DNA from: Rubripirellula sp.
GTDB taxonomy: Bacteria; Planctomycetota; Planctomycetia; Pirellulales; Pirellulaceae
Assembly: GCA_029245125.1 (NCBI GenBank)
Contig: JAQWPZ010000208.1
Location: 1,111-65,110, forward strand
Length of the DNA stretch: 64,000 bases
Direction: 5' to 3'
Shown here one piece after another: positions 1 through 10,088 of the stretch. The notes under the pieces were generated by a model. The model worked only from the letters and a program-made list of their open reading frames with translations, was not told the DNA's origin and did no database searches. Made by a program: the position numbers and the translations under genes. How positions within the stretch are numbered: position 1 is the first letter of the stretch; every line of letters starts with the position of its first letter.

Positions 1-287
1 AGCAGCAACTGAACCGCATCCCTCATGCTGAAGACGTACCACAGACGCCTTGCTGCAAAGACCCGAACTGCCCGCACCATCATCCACGCCCTAGAATTAA
101 CGGCGGCAGCGAATCGCTGTATTATCAGAGCGATTCCTTCAACCCCACGAGGGAGATGCAGGAGTTCGAGGGAGTCGAAATCATCGCGCCCAACAGTTCT
201 TCAATCGACAAAGAATCATTGCAACCGGCACCAGAAAACTCGTTCCCTCATCTGCACGTCGATTCACCCCTAACAAATCAACCGTAG
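1..287 (+). CDS. C-terminal fragment of a hypothetical protein (runs off the left edge)
   Basis: Frame 3 is open from the window start to TAG at 285-287 (QQLNRIPHAEDVPQTPCCKDPNCPHHHPRPRING...LTNQP*). It was read manually and is absent from the ORF track. No family recognised. Confidence 0.45.
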   Translation, partial: QQLNRIPHAEDVPQTPCCKDPNCPHHHPRPRINGGSESLYYQSDSFNPTREMQEFEGVEIIAPNSSSIDKESLQPAPENSFPHLHVDSPLTNQP

Positions 288-590
288 GCATCGACGCAAA
301 GCCCGCGGAACCCCCGAAGCAAAGTCAGACACCCCCGAAAAGGAGAATGAACGGCTCCTATCTACATCACACCGAAAAACGGTTTAATGCTCGAATAACC
401 GGCAATCTATTCCACCTGCCTAGCCGGTGCAGCGACAGCAAGCTTTTTGGATCGATCTAAATCGAACTTTATAGTTCGCTCACTCGACTGACTGGCCATC
501 CCTCAGCAGCAGCAAAAAGCTGGCCTGAGAGACGGAACAAGGTGCGACAATCTCCTCAGACACTGTCTCATCATCGTTGAGCAGCTTTGT

Positions 591-621
591 TGAGCGGTTT
601 TGCTGAGCGGTTTTGCTGAGC
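591..621. repeat. 13-bp tandem duplication (TGAGCGGTTTTGC x2.4)
   Basis: Direct reading: 591-603, 604-616, then a partial TGAGC. Confidence 0.8.
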
Positions 622-684
622 TGAGCAACGGGGCCCAGGCCGCTGGCAAGACGGAGTAAGCCGCTTCTCACATTTTGCAAATCG

Positions 685-1071
685 CTATTTCGGACGTGAC
701 ATCAAATTTGTTTCACTGAAAACGCGGTGACGGGCGCCGCTTCCTGAGTCAGCTTTCACGGCAGGTACACCAATCCGCACAAACCCAATTTTCAATACCG
801 CATCCAAATCGAAGTAGGGATTAAGCGTCCACTCGAAACCAGCCGTCCAGTTCGAAGTGGTCCCAAGGCAACTTGGCATCAAAGTCTTTACCGGTGTTCT
901 CGCATAAAGCAGCATGAGAGCCCGATCGTGTTCAACATGAATGCATTCCGCCATCAGCTCAGCAAGTGAAACACTGAGACGCAGCACTAATGACCGAGCG
1001 ACCCTAAAAAGTTGCGAATAGACCAACGAGAACACTTCGTCGGCTGGCCCACTGAATGGACTTCCCATCAC
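685..1071 (-). CDS. Possible hypothetical protein (128 aa)
   Basis: ORF with protein-like composition in an otherwise unexplained region; no recognisable motif. Confidence 0.25.
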   Translation of the reverse strand: MMGSPFSGPADEVFSLVYSQLFRVARSLVLRLSVSLAELMAECIHVEHDRALMLLYARTPVKTLMPSCLGTTSNWTAGFEWTLNPYFDLDAVLKIGFVRIGVPAVKADSGSGARHRVFSETNLMSRPK

Positions 1072-1716
1072 TGGCGGCCTGATTCTTCCCTGTTTCTCGG
1101 AGGCTGATCAGTGGCCCGCCTGTCATCAACCGACCGAAGGCGCAACCCTAGCAAAAGAATCACCGACCAAGTGTGTGGACTTCTAAAAAAAGTTCTTGCT
1201 GCAGGAACCTGCCAGAACATTCTTCGCAATCAACTCATCCCATTCAATTCCTCCTCACAGATCAGACCAAAGCACAGCCCACCGACCGTAGTCCTGACGC
1301 AAATCAAGTGCCCTCGACCAATTGCTCAGTGCGATAGAGATGCTCCAGAAGATTGCGAGCGTCAGGATCCAGCATCGCAAAGACGTCAAAAACAGCGTGA
1401 AAAGCGAAGTTATAAAACTCTGATTCACGAAATCGAGTCAGATGGAACGTCATACCGGAGATCGCTCTCGAGATCGCACGGAACAGACGAACTCAACTTA
1501 GTAATCGATCGTGGGAAACCAGCTCGCCGACCTTGACCAAACTTTTTGTCGAGGAACTCTCGTAATACCTGGGGAGGCAGAATCGATTGAATCGACTGTC
1601 AGGCCTTCTGAGGCAGCGTGCTTCACCACAATCAAGTCGCTTAGCCCCCCCACTTCGCTCAATCCAAGCCCCAAGTCGAACCACATTCGGAAAGCAAGCT
1701 AGGTTTCTATAGTTGA

Positions 1717-3015
1717 TTGAGAAACACTATCCCGGCAAACCGTCCGATCGAAATGAGTCTTCCCGTCCCTTGCATCGAGAGTCGCCCGATCGCCTTCCCG
1801 GCGATCGCTAGCGAAGCTGTTGAAGCTGCTACTCGTGAACAGCAATCTGAAGATTATTACCATGTATCCCGGGATGTAAAAATCCTGATCGTCGACGATG
1901 AGCTGTCAAGCATCGCTCGGGTAAACAATCAGCTCAAAGAGGAGGGTTTTAATCACCTTTTCTCAGCCACCGACGCGACCGCCGCAGTTTCGATGCTTCG
2001 AAGCAAGCAACCAGAAGTCGTCCTGTTGAGTCATGAGTTATCGGATCACTCAGGACTCGAGCTCCTGCAACGCATCCAAAAGGAGTCGGACATTGCACCG
2101 ACGCCGGTGATCTTATTGACTGAATCGAATGATTCAAAAGAGAAGCTGGCAGCATACCAGATGGGAGCTTCGGATTTTCTTCCCAAGCCCGTTGACCCAA
2201 GCGAGTTGATGCTGAGCTTGGAAAATGTGTTGGCAGTCCAGGCCTATCGATCGCAATTGGCTGAATACTCTCAGCGACTAGAGGAACAGGTCCAACTTAG
2301 AACGCAGGAGGTTGTTCGATCTCGGCAGGAAGCTATCCACTGCTTGGCCAGAGCCGGTGAATACCGCGACGATGATACAGGGCACCACGTCATGCGTGTC
2401 GGGCGCTATTCAGCCCTGATCGCTGAAGAGCTGGGATTTTCAAAATCTGCAATCGATATGATTGAACAGGCTGCCCAATTGCATGACGTAGGGAAAATTG
2501 GCATACCCGATTCGATTCTCCATAAACCTGGTAAGCTCGATCCGAATGAGTTCGCGCTAATCCAAGAGCACTGCGATATCGGCCGGCGAATTATCAACCC
2601 GCTCAACCACGAAGAATCATCCCGTCTACGAAAACCAACACCTGACGGAAAGCAGAGCACTGGATCCACCCGATCCCCCGTGCTGAAACTCGCAGCGGTC
2701 ATTGCTGCAACTCACCACGAAAAATGGGATGGAAGCGGCTATCCGAAAGGACTGTCAGGAAACGCGATTCCCGTAGAAGGCCGGATTGTCGCCGTGGCGG
2801 ATGTGTTTGACGCTCTCTCTTCTGCTCGTCCGTACAAAAAGGCGTTTCCATTGGATAAGTGCCTCAGTATCGTACGCGACGGACGTGGCAGTCATTTTGA
2901 CCCCCGAGTCCTGGATGCATTTTTGAATCGCCTGGATGAAGTGATTCAAATCCACAACCACTATCAGGACACCGGATTCGAGCTTTGCTCTGAGTCGCCG
3001 ACTTCTGTTGTCTAA
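1717..3015 (+). CDS. REC-HD-GYP response regulator, c-di-GMP phosphodiesterase (RpfG family)
   Basis: N-terminal receiver (ILIVDD...FLPKP). HD-GYP motifs RDDDTGHH, HDVGKIG, HHEKWDGSGYP and ADVFDAL are intact. The start may lie further downstream (e.g. MSLPVP). Confidence 0.93.
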   Translation: MRNTIPANRPIEMSLPVPCIESRPIAFPAIASEAVEAATREQQSEDYYHVSRDVKILIVDDELSSIARVNNQLKEEGFNHLFSATDATAAVSMLRSKQPEVVLLSHELSDHSGLELLQRIQKESDIAPTPVILLTESNDSKEKLAAYQMGASDFLPKPVDPSELMLSLENVLAVQAYRSQLAEYSQRLEEQVQLRTQEVVRSRQEAIHCLARAGEYRDDDTGHHVMRVGRYSALIAEELGFSKSAIDMIEQAAQLHDVGKIGIPDSILHKPGKLDPNEFALIQEHCDIGRRIINPLNHEESSRLRKPTPDGKQSTGSTRSPVLKLAAVIAATHHEKWDGSGYPKGLSGNAIPVEGRIVAVADVFDALSSARPYKKAFPLDKCLSIVRDGRGSHFDPRVLDAFLNRLDEVIQIHNHYQDTGFELCSESPTSVV

Positions 3016-3335
3016 TCGAACTGGACCTTGCGACCTAAATTCTGAGTTTGCACTCGGGCTTCACGATCCAGGATGACTCCCATCAAGTGCTGCAAAGTTG
3101 CCGCGAAAGCGGACCACAATGCCACCGATTCATCTGCCACTACGAGACCACCAAGCGGCCAAAACTCTTTCCCGCCCTGCGTCTCACCCTCACCAACTCG
3201 GGTACATTTCCGGGTTCAAATCTGCCAATCGGACTTATTTTAAGTCGAAGCTCCGTGCTGAACGCGGCCAAGTTTAGCTATGATGCGTAGGGTCGATGTA
3301 CCCCGCATGCTGCTCTCTTACCGCAGGTAGTCTCC

Positions 3336-4178
3336 ATGATCCTTCGCGCTGGCGTGATATCCGCGTTCCTTTTGGCCTTTGCGGTGATTGCCCTCGGCAA
3401 CGACCCCGTGTTTTCTGGCCCTCAAATCGGTGAACCATTAGTCCCCTTCAAAGTTTTGGCCGTCGGCGGGGCGCGATCTGGGACCGAGATCGATCCTGTC
3501 GAACAGGCAGCCGGTAAGCCAACGCTTTTTGTGTTCGTCCACAAATTGACCCGGCCCGGAATGGCGTTGACCCGTGGCCTAACGAAGTACGCGACCAAGT
3601 TAGACGGAGTTGCCGCTGGCATCATCTGGTTGGACGATGACAAAAGTAAAGCCGAAGCCTATCTCAAACGCGCAAAGTCCTCTCTCAATTTCACCGCTCC
3701 AGTCGGCATCTCGATTGACGGTGGCGAGGGTCCTGGAGCCTATGGTTTGAACAGAAATATTGAACTAACCATTCTGGTCGCTAAAAACAACAAGGTGACA
3801 GCGAACTTTGCGCTCGTGCAACCGTCGTTAACAGAGGGCCCAAAAATTGCCGGAGAACTTGCGAAGTTGATTGGGAAACCTGCTCCCACCGCTGAACAAT
3901 TGGCGAAGCTTGTCAGCCCACGGGGCAACGCGATGCGGACGCGGCCTAGCACCAGTGACGATTCGATGGATCTTCGGAGAACCATGCGGCAGTTGATATC
4001 ATCTTCCGATGACAGTGAAGCCTTCGATTCGACGGTCAAAGCCGTTGAAAAGTGGGTTGGTGACGACAAAGGCCGCCGCACTCAATTGCAACGCATGTGC
4101 AAAGCCATCTTGGAACGGGACTTAGGGTCAGAGAAAGCTCAAACGCAATTCAAGCAGTGGCTTAACCTGAAAGACTAA
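3336..4178 (+). CDS. Secreted hypothetical protein with a thioredoxin/redoxin-like N-terminal region and a helical C-terminus
   Basis: Signal peptide (MILRAGVISAFLLAFAVIALG). The segment GPQIGEPLVPFKV...GKPTLFVFVH resembles redoxin N-termini but lacks CxxC. Lies 14 nt upstream of the next gene. Confidence 0.7.
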   Translation: MILRAGVISAFLLAFAVIALGNDPVFSGPQIGEPLVPFKVLAVGGARSGTEIDPVEQAAGKPTLFVFVHKLTRPGMALTRGLTKYATKLDGVAAGIIWLDDDKSKAEAYLKRAKSSLNFTAPVGISIDGGEGPGAYGLNRNIELTILVAKNNKVTANFALVQPSLTEGPKIAGELAKLIGKPAPTAEQLAKLVSPRGNAMRTRPSTSDDSMDLRRTMRQLISSSDDSEAFDSTVKAVEKWVGDDKGRRTQLQRMCKAILERDLGSEKAQTQFKQWLNLKD

Positions 4179-4192
4179 GCGGGAGCCCACAA

Positions 4193-6334
4193 TTGATGAT
4201 GTTACGATGGTCAGTCTTCACGCTGGTATTATTTGTTGCAACGATCGACAACGCCCAAGGCGATCGGCCGATCGACTTTGATACCGAAGTGATGCCAACT
4301 TTCACTCGCCAAGGGTGCAATGCAGGCTCATGTCATGGCGCCGCGATTGGCCGTGGTGGCTTCAAGTTGTCACTGCTCGGTTCAAATTCAAAATTGGATC
4401 ACGATGCCATCATCCGCCACCTAGAGGGACGCCGTGTCAACCTAAAGCGGCCCGACCGCAGCCTACTACTCCTCAAGCCGTCGGAGCAGGTTGGCCACGA
4501 GGGTGGCTTGGCGATGAGCGACGACAGCCCAAGCTACGAAAGAGTTCACCAGTGGATCTCTGAGGGTGCTTACCGCAGTGGACTTCGCCAACTCGTGAAG
4601 CTGACTGTCTCCCCACGAAAAAGCACGCTACCTCGGCCGGAATCCTCCGTATCTGTCCGCGTGAAGGCGACTTTCAACGATGGATCAACGACCGACGTAA
4701 CCCGTTGGACAGTTTTCCAAGCAGCCGATCCAGATGCGGTCTCTATTGATGCCGAGAAGGGAACGATGACAGTTCACCGGCGGGGCGCTCAGGTCGTGAT
4801 CGCTCGCTTTCTGAATCAGGTCTTACCGATTCGACTGACCGTCCCCATGCAGGATCAAGAACCACAAGCGGGTGCCAGATTGACCGAAAACAATCCGATC
4901 GATCAATTCATCAACACTCAACTGCACCGCCTTCGACTGCCCGCCTCACCAGCCGCCAACGATTGGGTATTCCTCCGCCGAGTGACACTCGACTTGACCG
5001 GCCGTCTACCGAGTGCTGAGGCCGCGATCCAATATGTCGCTAACACCTCGGACGACAAACGCCAGCAAACCATCAATGCATTATTGCAGTCTGAAGCTTT
5101 CTCAGAGTACTGGGCATTGAAATGGGCTAATGATCTCGGGATCGATTCAAAGCAACTCCAACCGCAAGGTGCACGGGCTTACCATCATTGGTTCAAACAG
5201 CAATTACAACTCGATACGGCTTGGGACCAAATGGTCGTCGAGATGCTGACGAAATCCGGAGACAGCTTTGAAAACGGTGCCGTCAACTTTCTGCGGTCTG
5301 CTGGTAACCCAGGCGAGCTAGCGGAGCGGACCAGTCGCGCATTCATGGGAGTACGACTGCAATGCGCAAACTGCCATGACCATCCGCTGGATCATTGGCA
5401 GCAAGATGACTACCACGGATTGGCAGCAATTTTCGCAAAATTGAATCGCCAACGAATCGTCGAGGTTTCGGAACGCGGTGAAGTGACCCATCCAGTCACT
5501 GGACAAGCAGCTATCCCGCGAATTCCGGGCCAACGATTCCTAACCAATACAAAGGATGGTCGTACCGAGCTCGCTGATTGGTTGACGTCACCTCAAAACC
5601 CTTACTTTGCAAAGGCGATGGTCAACCGCATCTGGTTACACCTCATGGGGCGTGGATTAGTCGATCCGGTGGATGACCTTCGCACCACCAATCCGGCCAC
5701 CCACCCCGAACTTCTGCAGTGGTTGGCTGACGATTTTGCGAATAACGGATTCCGCATCCAACACACGATCAAAACGATCTGCAACTCAGCTACGTATTCA
5801 CGTGACTCAGCACCGATTCCCGGCAACGAAACCGATGTCATTTTTTACTCCCATGCGCTTACAAAACCGCTGGAAGCAGAAGTCATCGCAGACGCCATCA
5901 CCGATATCACAGGGATCCCACTGCAGTTCAATCACACTGATCTACCACGCACAGTAACATTGACCGACAACCGGATGTTGATCCCAAGTCTAGATGTACT
6001 GGGACGGTGCGATCGTGAATCGGCATGCAGCCAAGCCGAAACCTCAGCTTCACTCGCCCGATCACTTCACTTGATCAATGGGGAATTGATCAATCAACGT
6101 CTCACCACCGCCAATGGCCGTTTGGCTCGACTCATGCGTCAGTCAACCAGCAATCAAGCGTTGCTAGATCTGATCTTTTTAGAAACATTAACGCAGCCTA
6201 GCGTTTCAGCACAAACTTACTGGCAGAAAGAACTGAACAAACTTGAAGGTGCCGCTCCTGCGGCCCAAAAAGCATTCTTTGAAGACGTTCTTTGGGGACT
6301 ACTGACGAGCCGCGCGTTCATGGCCAATCGCTAA
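4193..6334 (+). CDS. DUF1549/DUF1553 (PSD1-type) planctomycete protein with an Ig-like domain
   Basis: Signal peptide; GCNAGSCHG; FLRRVTLDLTGRLP (DUF1549); QCANCHDHP; NRIWLHLMGRGLVDPVDD and NPATHPELL (DUF1553). Confidence 0.92.
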   Translation: MMMLRWSVFTLVLFVATIDNAQGDRPIDFDTEVMPTFTRQGCNAGSCHGAAIGRGGFKLSLLGSNSKLDHDAIIRHLEGRRVNLKRPDRSLLLLKPSEQVGHEGGLAMSDDSPSYERVHQWISEGAYRSGLRQLVKLTVSPRKSTLPRPESSVSVRVKATFNDGSTTDVTRWTVFQAADPDAVSIDAEKGTMTVHRRGAQVVIARFLNQVLPIRLTVPMQDQEPQAGARLTENNPIDQFINTQLHRLRLPASPAANDWVFLRRVTLDLTGRLPSAEAAIQYVANTSDDKRQQTINALLQSEAFSEYWALKWANDLGIDSKQLQPQGARAYHHWFKQQLQLDTAWDQMVVEMLTKSGDSFENGAVNFLRSAGNPGELAERTSRAFMGVRLQCANCHDHPLDHWQQDDYHGLAAIFAKLNRQRIVEVSERGEVTHPVTGQAAIPRIPGQRFLTNTKDGRTELADWLTSPQNPYFAKAMVNRIWLHLMGRGLVDPVDDLRTTNPATHPELLQWLADDFANNGFRIQHTIKTICNSATYSRDSAPIPGNETDVIFYSHALTKPLEAEVIADAITDITGIPLQFNHTDLPRTVTLTDNRMLIPSLDVLGRCDRESACSQAETSASLARSLHLINGELINQRLTTANGRLARLMRQSTSNQALLDLIFLETLTQPSVSAQTYWQKELNKLEGAAPAAQKAFFEDVLWGLLTSRAFMANR

Positions 6335-6430
6335 GTTCACGGTCAGTGACGTGTGCAACATTTTCGCAGGACGCAACAACAACACGCCCAAATTTGCAGT
6401 TGCAGCGTCTATCCAAGCATCGCGACACGA

Positions 6431-8884
6431 TCAAATATTATTCGCGATATCAGAGCGGTCATCACCCAACGCACCCAACGCCCGATACAACTCAGGTTTT
6501 CGGACCGGCTTGGAAACGTAGTCATCCATACCGGCGGCGAGACAACGCTGCCGATCTCCTTCCATCGCATGGGCAGTCATCGCGACGATGGGGACGCGTG
6601 TCCGTGATTCCGCTTCGAGCTCACGAATCCGCCGGGTCGCCTCCAGACCGTCCATCATTGGCAATTGAACATCCATCAAAATCACATCGAAGCTTTTCTT
6701 TCGATATGCCTCCACAGCCTGATTTCCATCCTCCGCCACGTCGACTCGATGCCCCCATTTGGTGAGCAAACCGACAGCCATTGTCTGGTTTGCCTTACCA
6801 TCCTCGACTAACAAGATATGCAATGGCCGCATTGCCTGACCTGCCTGGAAGGCCTTCTTCGATATACCAGAACCCCATTCCTCGTTTGGTGTTCCAGCTG
6901 AATCTTCGTGCGTCGTCATTGCAGACAAGACGTTCACCAACTCATTGGGCTTCACCGGTTTGAACAACTGGGCAGCGACGCCAAGCTTCTTGCAGCGTTG
7001 AACATCCTCACTCCGCATGCTGGATGCCAGTAAGATCGTCGGAACCCGACTCAATACTTCATCACCGCGAATCAACTCGATCAGCTCAAAGCCGGCCATG
7101 CCATTCATTTCGGGATTACAGATCAGCACTGGTAAACGCCGTGAAACGGATTCCTTTAACGCCTTCAGCACAGATGTCGCAGATTCAAATACCGTACACG
7201 AAACACCATGCTGCTTGAGTTGGTCCGCAATTTGACGACAACTCTCTGCATCGCTATCGGCCACCAAGACCTCGAGGTGCGTAAGATCTGGCAACTCGTG
7301 AATCACTTGAGGCGTTGCGGGTTGCATATAAATGGTAAAGAAAAATGCACTCCCCTCGCCGACAGAACTCTCGACCCACAATTCGCCATCCATTGCGTGA
7401 ACGAGTCTCGCGCTAATCGCCAAGCCTAGTCCTGTTCCACCGTATCGCCGAGTGCTAGAGGTATCGGCTTGGCCGAACGCGCTGAAGATCGACTCCAACT
7501 TGTCGGGGGAGATGCCGATTCCATTGTCTCGGACACTAAACAGCAGTTTGACGCCGGTCGCATCACGCTCATCCAATTGCACGTCGACAAAGACTTCACC
7601 AAGCTCAGTAAACTTAATCCCATTACCGACTAAGTTCATCAAAATCTGTCGTACGCGAGCTGCATCGCCAGCCAACCACCGCGGTACCAATGCATCAACA
7701 TGCCAAGCCAGTTCCACTTGGCGACCATGCGCCTTGACGGACAGTGATCTTAACGTCGCACCAATGACTTCACGCACGTCAAGATCCGCTATATCGAGAT
7801 CCAAGGTACCCGAATCGATCCGTGAAAAGTCGAGCACCTGATCAAGCAAGGACATGAGGGACTCAGCCGAATCCGCAACGGTCTGCACGTAATCACGTTG
7901 GACCGCGTCCAAGCTGGTTCCCAAAACCAAATCGGTCATGCCGATAATGGCGTTCATTGGCGTCCGAATTTCGTGACTGACGTTGGCTAAAAAATCATTT
8001 TTAACCCGGCTCGCTTCCTCCGCGATATCTCTGGCACGTCGCAGTTCACGATTGGCTTCTCGCAACGAATCACGGGCACCGGTCAACTCGGCCTCGGCCG
8101 TTTTCCGCGCCGAAATATCGGCAATCGTCGCTTGCAACAGCCTTCGATCACCGTGCGGCAATGGGACCAATCGAACCTCGCAAGGGATTGGCTGGCCCGT
8201 CGAATCACGATGGACCCAATCGAACACCATTCGCTTGCCGCTGAGTGCCATTTCGATCATCTCGTTGGCAAGCTCCGGCGTGGGAACGTTACCTGGCTGG
8301 AAAGGAGGGCTGAGCTCCGCGGGATGACACTTCACAATCTGTTCCCGGCTCATTTTGAACAGTTCTTCCGCCAGCGGGTTGGCGTCGATAAAACGACCCT
8401 CATCACAATCAAGCGTCACACATGCGTCGGGTGCGTGCTTGATCAAAAGCCGAATCCTAGCCTCACTCTCGCGTAATTCGATTTCGGCAAGTTTTTTCTC
8501 GGTGATTTCACGGGTGATTCCGCAGGTCCCGATCAACTGTCCCTGAGGATCTCGCATCGGCATGTTGCTAACCAACAGCCACATGGGACGCCCATCTTTA
8601 TCCTGAAGTTCTTCTTCCTGATTGAGAATGGGATCACCAGTTCGCAATACCTCTTGCTCATTCCCAACAAACTGCTTCGCGACCTCATCGCCCCAGAGGT
8701 CAGCATCAGTCTTTCCAATGCAATCCTGCTGTGGGTACCCCACGATCTCTGCGAAAGCAGAATTAACTCCAACGAAGCGTCCGTCCCGGTCCTTCCAGAA
8801 AACCGGGTCAGGAATACTGTCGACGAGTGATTCCAGCAGGAAATGATCGCTCTGCGAGGGATCGGAATCTGGTTTTTCTGTCAT
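6431..8884 (-). CDS. PAS-PAS hybrid sensor histidine kinase with two receiver domains (BarA-like)
   Basis: Two PAS domains; H-box FLANVSHEIRTPMN; N-box NLVGNGIKFT; G-boxes DNGIGI and GGTGLGL. REC1 is degenerate (LICNPEM); REC2 is intact (ILMDVQLP). Confidence 0.95.
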   Translation of the reverse strand: MTEKPDSDPSQSDHFLLESLVDSIPDPVFWKDRDGRFVGVNSAFAEIVGYPQQDCIGKTDADLWGDEVAKQFVGNEQEVLRTGDPILNQEEELQDKDGRPMWLLVSNMPMRDPQGQLIGTCGITREITEKKLAEIELRESEARIRLLIKHAPDACVTLDCDEGRFIDANPLAEELFKMSREQIVKCHPAELSPPFQPGNVPTPELANEMIEMALSGKRMVFDWVHRDSTGQPIPCEVRLVPLPHGDRRLLQATIADISARKTAEAELTGARDSLREANRELRRARDIAEEASRVKNDFLANVSHEIRTPMNAIIGMTDLVLGTSLDAVQRDYVQTVADSAESLMSLLDQVLDFSRIDSGTLDLDIADLDVREVIGATLRSLSVKAHGRQVELAWHVDALVPRWLAGDAARVRQILMNLVGNGIKFTELGEVFVDVQLDERDATGVKLLFSVRDNGIGISPDKLESIFSAFGQADTSSTRRYGGTGLGLAISARLVHAMDGELWVESSVGEGSAFFFTIYMQPATPQVIHELPDLTHLEVLVADSDAESCRQIADQLKQHGVSCTVFESATSVLKALKESVSRRLPVLICNPEMNGMAGFELIELIRGDEVLSRVPTILLASSMRSEDVQRCKKLGVAAQLFKPVKPNELVNVLSAMTTHEDSAGTPNEEWGSGISKKAFQAGQAMRPLHILLVEDGKANQTMAVGLLTKWGHRVDVAEDGNQAVEAYRKKSFDVILMDVQLPMMDGLEATRRIRELEAESRTRVPIVAMTAHAMEGDRQRCLAAGMDDYVSKPVRKPELYRALGALGDDRSDIANNI

Positions 8885-8996
8885 GAACGAAGGGCCTTTT
8901 ATTGCCCTTCAAGTATAGCAAATTCGGCCGCGTAACGGGTATCCTCGGGCTGTGCTTTTGCGAACGTCCAGCCGAAAAGCACTCACGTCACAAACA

Positions 8997-10088
8997 CTAC
9001 TCAAAATGACCGCCTTCGGTGGCGGAAAATTCGGCGTAGACAGGCAAATGACTCGTCACGGCCTCCGCTTGGACGGTCGTTAAATCATACACCCGCATCA
9101 AGTCAATCACGCCACCACGCCCGACAAATTCACTCGTCACCGATTGACGAAACAACAAGTTGCTCGTTTGGTAGCGTCCGAAGATGTCGGTCGGTCGACT
9201 TTCGACCGAGGCCTTCATCTCCGAATCCTCGAATGTCCCCAATAAATAGGCATCATCTGCCTGAAAAAGCCCCGCTAACACGACGTCGTCTTCGCTGCGA
9301 CCATCGTTTGTCACACTTTTCATGACGGCTGGAAGCAAGGCAACTTCCTGGGGTGCCCTGGCCAAGTCAATTCGTACATTGATCAAAGAAAAAGTCCAGG
9401 CACTTGCTGGCGGTGGTGTGGCGGCTCGAAACCAGCCCACCAGCGGATCGAACGTCATTTTATTCGCCGGATCCGCGACGCTGTAAGTTTGCCTCCGATC
9501 AACGACGACCCGCTGCGTATCGAACAAAAAGGCCAACTGCTCGGGTCGATCGGCGGGGCCTGTCGGCTTGCCAATCACATAGTCATATCGCCGACCCGAT
9601 TGATTGATAAAATCTACCAAACGAGGAATCAAATCCCGTTCGATCGAGGCGACCTGTTGCAACGCGACAATGTCGAATCCACCGATCACTCGAGCAATGC
9701 TCTGCCTGCAGAGCGGGTTGCGGAGCTTGGTCGGCCCAAAACCATCGAGTGCCCAAGCCGCGATCTTCAGCGGCTTATGCCGCGTGCCCGCCGGCGGGGA
9801 ACGCGTCGATTCAGTTGGCAGCACCCGATTTCGTGCCGCCGCGAACGGGTTGTCACTCCCCCCAAGACTCATGCTGGAAGTCAATGAGAGCTCCCCAGAG
9901 CTCAAAATCGGCGGTTCGTCGCCGTAGCTGATGAAGGTGGAATCCTCCAAGTCGCTTGTCTTGGGATAAACGGTTACCTCATCTAACCCTGCCACTTCGT
10001 AGTTGTTAAAGAACCACCAACCCCCACCTGCGAGCAGCAGCACAATCACACCCATCTGGATCGGATGGCCGCGGTCAGAATCAGACAC
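8997..10088 (-). CDS. Membrane-anchored endonuclease/exonuclease/phosphatase (DNase I-like) fold protein, catalytically degenerate
   Basis: N-terminal TM segment (GVIVLLLAGGGWWFF). The DNase I-like layout is recognisable (FDIVALQQV, EQLAFLF, SHLPVYAEF) but most metal ligands are substituted. Confidence 0.82.
   Translation of the reverse strand: MSDSDRGHPIQMGVIVLLLAGGGWWFFNNYEVAGLDEVTVYPKTSDLEDSTFISYGDEPPILSSGELSLTSSMSLGGSDNPFAAARNRVLPTESTRSPPAGTRHKPLKIAAWALDGFGPTKLRNPLCRQSIARVIGGFDIVALQQVASIERDLIPRLVDFINQSGRRYDYVIGKPTGPADRPEQLAFLFDTQRVVVDRRQTYSVADPANKMTFDPLVGWFRAATPPPASAWTFSLINVRIDLARAPQEVALLPAVMKSVTNDGRSEDDVVLAGLFQADDAYLLGTFEDSEMKASVESRPTDIFGRYQTSNLLFRQSVTSEFVGRGGVIDLMRVYDLTTVQAEAVTSHLPVYAEFSATEGGHFE

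Noticed and set aside
274-310. GACGCAAAGCC motif resembling a second c-di-GMP-I riboswitch
   Set aside because: The upstream P2 arms (CAACC/GCATC) do not pair, the loop is not GNRA, no P3 partner or ACCG tail follows, and it overlaps a probable stop codon.
341-460. AGGAG followed by a 37-aa ORF at 347
   Set aside because: RBS-to-ATG spacing is only 1 nt and the peptide has no features.
685-1071. DEVFSLVYSQLFRVARSL resembling an ECF sigma region 2.1
   Set aside because: No region 2.2-2.4 or region 4 motifs follow, so the similarity is probably coincidental.
6431-8884. Degenerate first receiver domain in the hybrid kinase
   Set aside because: Common in BarA-type kinases with two REC domains; the second REC is intact.
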